A stretch of 20,000 bases of DNA from an uncultured virus (IMG/VR IMGVR_UViG_2927790845_000001) (taxonomy: Duplodnaviria; Heunggongvirae; Uroviricota; Caudoviricetes), in the IMG/VR virus record IMGVR_UViG_2927790845_000001, positions 56,359 to 76,358 of that record; one strand, given 5' to 3'. The translations under genes were made by a program, and so were the position numbers. Shown piece after piece: positions 18,966 through 20,000 of the stretch; position 1 is the stretch's first letter; every line of letters starts with the position of its first letter. The notes beneath the pieces were generated by a model that was given only the letters and a program-made list of their open reading frames with translations, was not told the DNA's origin and made no database searches.

Positions 18966-19172
18966 CTAGCTGATTTTAAAACCAATCTCATGATCGACTC
19001 TTGCAAAATGTCCTTTTGCTGTTTGAATAATCGTTTTTCCATGCTCAGGTACATCCATCATATAAGCCGTTCCTACGTTTCCATCTAACACAATGACTTG
19101 AATCTTTCCTTTTTCCATTTCACCGACAAATGTCTGGTTTTCTTGAATCATGAGTTGTTTTGGCTCGTTCAT
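18966..19172 (-). CDS. xtrA: XtrA/YqaO family protein
   Basis: 68 aa; GKIQVIVLDG...PEHGKTIIQTAKGHFARV; directly upstream of xpf as in PBSX. Confidence 0.88.
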   Translation of the reverse strand: MNEPKQLMIQENQTFVGEMEKGKIQVIVLDGNVGTAYMMDVPEHGKTIIQTAKGHFARVDHEIGFKIS

Positions 19173-19573
19173 ATGCTTGTCTCCTTATTTGGTGGTGAGG
19201 ATCTCATATCATCACCCATCGTATTTAAAATGATTTCCATTCGAGGACGCATGCTATAAAACTGTGAAACTCTTAATTCTACAATCTGTAAAGAGGCGTC
19301 ATCGGTAACGGCATGAAGTGCTTCTTGTATATACTGCAAATTTGGTTGAAGAATGCTGATGTGTACCGGGCGTATCAAGCCTTTTTCAGCAGATGTACGC
19401 GTGTCTTGGCTGTTCGCTAGATCAATGGGCATATTGTAAAATGAGCGAATGTCGAGTGATAATGCGCCTTTTATTTTGCTTGTGCATTGCGCTTTAGCGG
19501 CTGTTTGAATTCTGTTTATCAATGTCTCTTTTGTGCATAAATGTTCTTTTTCAATGATAAAATGAAGGACCAT
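19169..19573 (-). CDS. RusA-like (YqaN-like) protein, catalytic motif apparently lost; occupies the xkdD position
   Basis: Start ATG 19573 after GGGAG. IKGALSLDIRSF..MP..AEKGLIRPV...QIVELRVSQFYS.RPRMEIIL follows the Firmicute phage RusA pattern. Confidence 0.7.
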   Translation of the reverse strand: MVLHFIIEKEHLCTKETLINRIQTAAKAQCTSKIKGALSLDIRSFYNMPIDLANSQDTRTSAEKGLIRPVHISILQPNLQYIQEALHAVTDDASLQIVELRVSQFYSMRPRMEIILNTMGDDMRSSPPNKETSI

Positions 19574-19574
19574 G

Positions 19575-19679
19575 CTACGATCTCCCGTCATCCTTCGCCC
19601 ACTGCCGAATGTCTTGTTCGTTTTGACCCGCATTGAGCAAACATTTCAGGAATGTCATGATTTGCTTCAATCGATTCAT
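19575..19679 (-). CDS. small phage protein, 34 aa (YqdA-like)
   Basis: MNRLKQIMTFLKCLLNAGQNEQDIRQWAKDDGRS. ATGA overlap with the upstream stop, AAAGGA upstream, and its stop lies 1 nt before the next ATG. Below the ORF-track cutoff. Confidence 0.65.
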   Translation of the reverse strand: MNRLKQIMTFLKCLLNAGQNEQDIRQWAKDDGRS

Positions 19680-19873
19680 GTCGCATTCATCCTTTCCTTC
19701 TTCTTGTCATCAACGGCTTTTTCTGCCATGAGGGTCATGTATGTGCGTTTTTCTTCTGCCGTGGGGAAAGCAAAAATCGGCTCTTTTTGATGAAAAGTGA
19801 TCCAGCCGCCAGCTTGTACTAGGCAATGCTGGGCTTCTTTTCGGGCATCAAATGTCATCTGATGTCTCATCAT
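19676..19873 (-). CDS. hypothetical phage protein (about 65 aa)
   Basis: ORF-track ORF 19676..19879. AAAGGA at 19881-19886 favours ATG 19873. Overlaps both neighbours in operon fashion. Confidence 0.65.
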   Translation of the reverse strand: MMRHQMTFDARKEAQHCLVQAGGWITFHQKEPIFAFPTAEEKRTYMTLMAEKAVDDKKKERMNAT

Positions 19874-20000
19874 CATCAAATCCTTTCTCGCGGTCCTCGT
19901 CCTCTAATCGATAACCATTTCGGGACATTTCATATGGCCAGTAACGTTTTGGATAGCCGAAATCATTCATTTGTGTCACCATCGGATGTTCGATATTCAT
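19848..20000 (-). CDS. hypothetical small phage protein (at least 50 aa; may begin at or beyond the window edge)
   Basis: Open from ATG 20000: MNIEHPMVTQMNDFGYPKRYWPYEMSRNGYRLEDEDREKGFDDDETSDDI*. The RBS cannot be seen. Confidence 0.55.
   Translation of the reverse strand: MNIEHPMVTQMNDFGYPKRYWPYEMSRNGYRLEDEDREKGFDDDETSDDI

Larger units (their letters stand above)
1..20000 (-). mobile_element. PBSX-like defective prophage (middle and late operons), extending beyond both window ends
   Basis: Contiguous minus-strand genes in the order xtrA-xpf-xtmA-xtmB-xkdE...xkdU match B. subtilis PBSX. The portal is directly followed by xkdF, with no minor head morphogenesis gene. Confidence 0.95.

Overview
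This window is the middle and late region of a PBSX-like defective prophage (myophage-type, contractile tail) from a Bacillus. The B. pumilus group is a plausible host, but that is inference. Nearly all genes lie on the minus strand in PBSX order: small middle genes, a RusA-like gene, xtrA, the Xpf sigma-like activator, terminase xtmA/xtmB, portal xkdE, protease/scaffold xkdF, capsid xkdG, head-tail joining genes, sheath xkdK, tube xkdM, tail chaperone xkdN/xkzB, tape measure xkdO (41-aa repeats plus an SLT domain), LysM protein xkdP, and baseplate xkdQ-xkdU (truncated at the window edge). The only + strand gene is a 27-aa BsrE/BsrH-like type I toxin with a convergent, unannotated ~220-nt antitoxin RNA, inserted between xkdM and xkdN. 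Signals the ORF track misses are a -1 frameshift site (A AAA AAC) joining xkdN and xkzB, a CTG start for xkdO, a probable internal scaffold start in xkdF, a RusA homolog lacking its catalytic motif, a terminator/antiterminator-like leader between xtrA and xpf, a perfect 20-bp palindrome at the antitoxin promoter, and several small ORFs. All family assignments are from recall and synteny; no searches were run.
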